A stretch of 63,316 nucleotides of DNA, counting the filler, from Choristocarpus tenellus KU-1152 (Eukaryota; Protista; Phaeophyceae), in assembly GCA_964200185.2 (NCBI GenBank). It is 9 parts of 9 records of this genome, joined end to end, with 100 filler letters (N's around TTAATTAATTAA, not from the genome) between each part and the next. Parts side by side here need not be neighbours in the genome. Positions count along the whole stretch, not along the records: positions 47,319 to 63,316 come from CAXNAD020000892.1; 8 more parts are not named here. One strand, written 5' to 3'. Of this stretch, positions 62,301-63,316 are shown one piece after another. The position numbers were made by a program, and so were the translations under genes. The notes below the pieces were generated by a model. That model saw only the letters and a list, made by a program, of their open reading frames with translations, was not told the origin of the DNA and made no database searches. Each line of letters starts with the position of its first letter. The stretch's first letter is position 1.

Positions 62301-63304
62301 ATGTTTCCTGAAGAAGTACTCAATTTTGCTTCAGACCTTTTATTCAGACTTCGACTCTTTGTGTGATACTACTTCTCTTCAATGCAGAGCAACCAAACGT
62401 GCTACCAGACTCCGCAGCACCCTGACATTGGCCACATCGACCCTGGGATGGGCCCGGAAGTGGGCCAAGGTGTTATGAACCAACAAGGCGGCATGGGTCA
62501 AGCCATGATGAACCCTGGAATGATGGGGCCAGGTCCAATGTTTGACGGTGTTAGGATGAACCCTGGGCAGCCACCAGGGCCAGGTGATCAGTGAGAATGG
62601 CTACTGCGTTCAGACCATTCCCAATAACATCACAATGCTTCTATATTTTGGCTTGTTGGAAATGATGGAGTTTGAGTTTCCAATCAGTTGGGTACACCTT
62701 GAGAATCATTCTCGACACCAATCAAGATCAACTCAGTGCATTTGCACTAGTAAACCTCCTCCTGATACTCCAGCTTCGGTGCATCAAATAGGTTTTTGCC
62801 AACTTCGAATAACTATGTTGTGCAATCACCTCCTAATCCAGTCCACAATTCCTACTATGTTAACCTTTTGTCAGGCATGGATAGTGCAACTTCATGGAAG
62901 TGACCTGAGTTTTTTTATTCCTCATTGTTACCCCTGTTCTGCCTGTTCAGAGTCAGTATGTTTGTTGATTGCATGATATTTGGACGGTAGATACACCATT
63001 TTTTTGCTTGTATGTAGTTTATTCAGTGGATTCTTTTTCCCCTCTCACTGTCTCCAGAGATACGCTACAATATTTAAAAATCAAATTTAACACTCTGCAA
63101 GTGTCAAATTCTGTTGAAACTGATACCCTACCCAACTTATTTACATCCGTTACTTGAAAGGAGGGAGAGGTCAGGGTCGCTTGCCAATGCCAATGGGCAT
63201 GCCCATGGGTCCACAAGTTTGGCCAACTAGTACCCTTCAACAGGGAGGGGCAGAGCCAAGTAATGCTGTGATGCCAGGGGGGGGGGTGAGCGGTCAGGGG
63301 CAAG
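47321..63304 (+). CDS. Nova/BTR1-like KH-domain RNA-binding protein (KH1 and KH2 seen), partial at both ends
   Basis: Phase-consistent exons <47321-47539, about 48448-48573, about 48901-48993, 59453-59617, 60250-60391, 60773-60829, 61169-61242, 61707-61787, 62388-62583, 63161-63304. KH1 LKILVPGAMAGCLIGK|GG..IKLSQKSEFFPGTQDRV; KH2 LRMLIPLSAGGLIVGKGGENIK; Gly/Pro/Met-rich linker. Confidence 0.92.
50500..52850 (-). mobile_element. Highly degraded retroelement-like coding remnant in the KH intron
   Basis: Chain of interrupted minus-strand ORFs with an RNase H-like HIHIVSGS segment. Family assignment is weak. Confidence 0.3.
54990..55740 (-). mobile_element. Gypsy integrase/3' end remnant with PPT and LTR start
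   Basis: RVH...FIN...W.TLPAVHF...NPTMGVS is integrase-like. PPT GGGACGGGTAGG is followed by TGTGACAGG at 54999. Confidence 0.5.
57750..58400 (+). mobile_element. Possible piggyBac-like transposase remnant
   Basis: Decayed ITVYEV and SVNEVCI..FKGQ..RKQ (compare SVDE.M..FKGR..KQ). Heavily mutated. Confidence 0.35.
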
Positions 63305-63316
63305 GTATGCCTGTGG

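Overview
Eukaryotic nuclear DNA. It is not one locus: it is nine unrelated short contigs joined by artificial 100-nt spacers (N44-TTAATTAATTAA-N44). The contigs are 1-4177, 4278-8306, 8407-16220, 16321-24405, 24506-27296, 27397-35409, 35510-42159, 42260-47218 and 47319-end. Intron-rich GT-AG genes, three bipartite signal-peptide plus ASAFAP-type plastid presequences and (TTAGGG)n patches point to a photosynthetic stramenopile, probably a brown alga or close relative (inference). Supported host genes are tRNA-Asp(GTC) and six partial protein genes: a plastid TatB/Hcf106 head-to-head with a plastid GNAT-like/TPR protein, a zinc-finger DnaJ, a divergent Patched/NPC1-like gene, a plastid-targeted N-terminus (possibly MsrA), and a Nova/BTR1-like KH protein with a 10.5-kb intron. 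Much of the remainder is transposon debris: Gypsy, Copia, LINE, DD39D mariner, a possible piggyBac, a TRIM-like element, a long foldback and a family of GRG-ended MITEs with 4-bp target-site duplications (TSDs). I found no convincing new multi-gene system. The most unusual structures are a Gypsy-tail/LTR/foldback/Copia-head chimera, the Sola2-like MITE family, inverted MITEs bracketing an exon, and the divergent plastid gene pair. All homology calls come from motif recognition by eye, not from searches.
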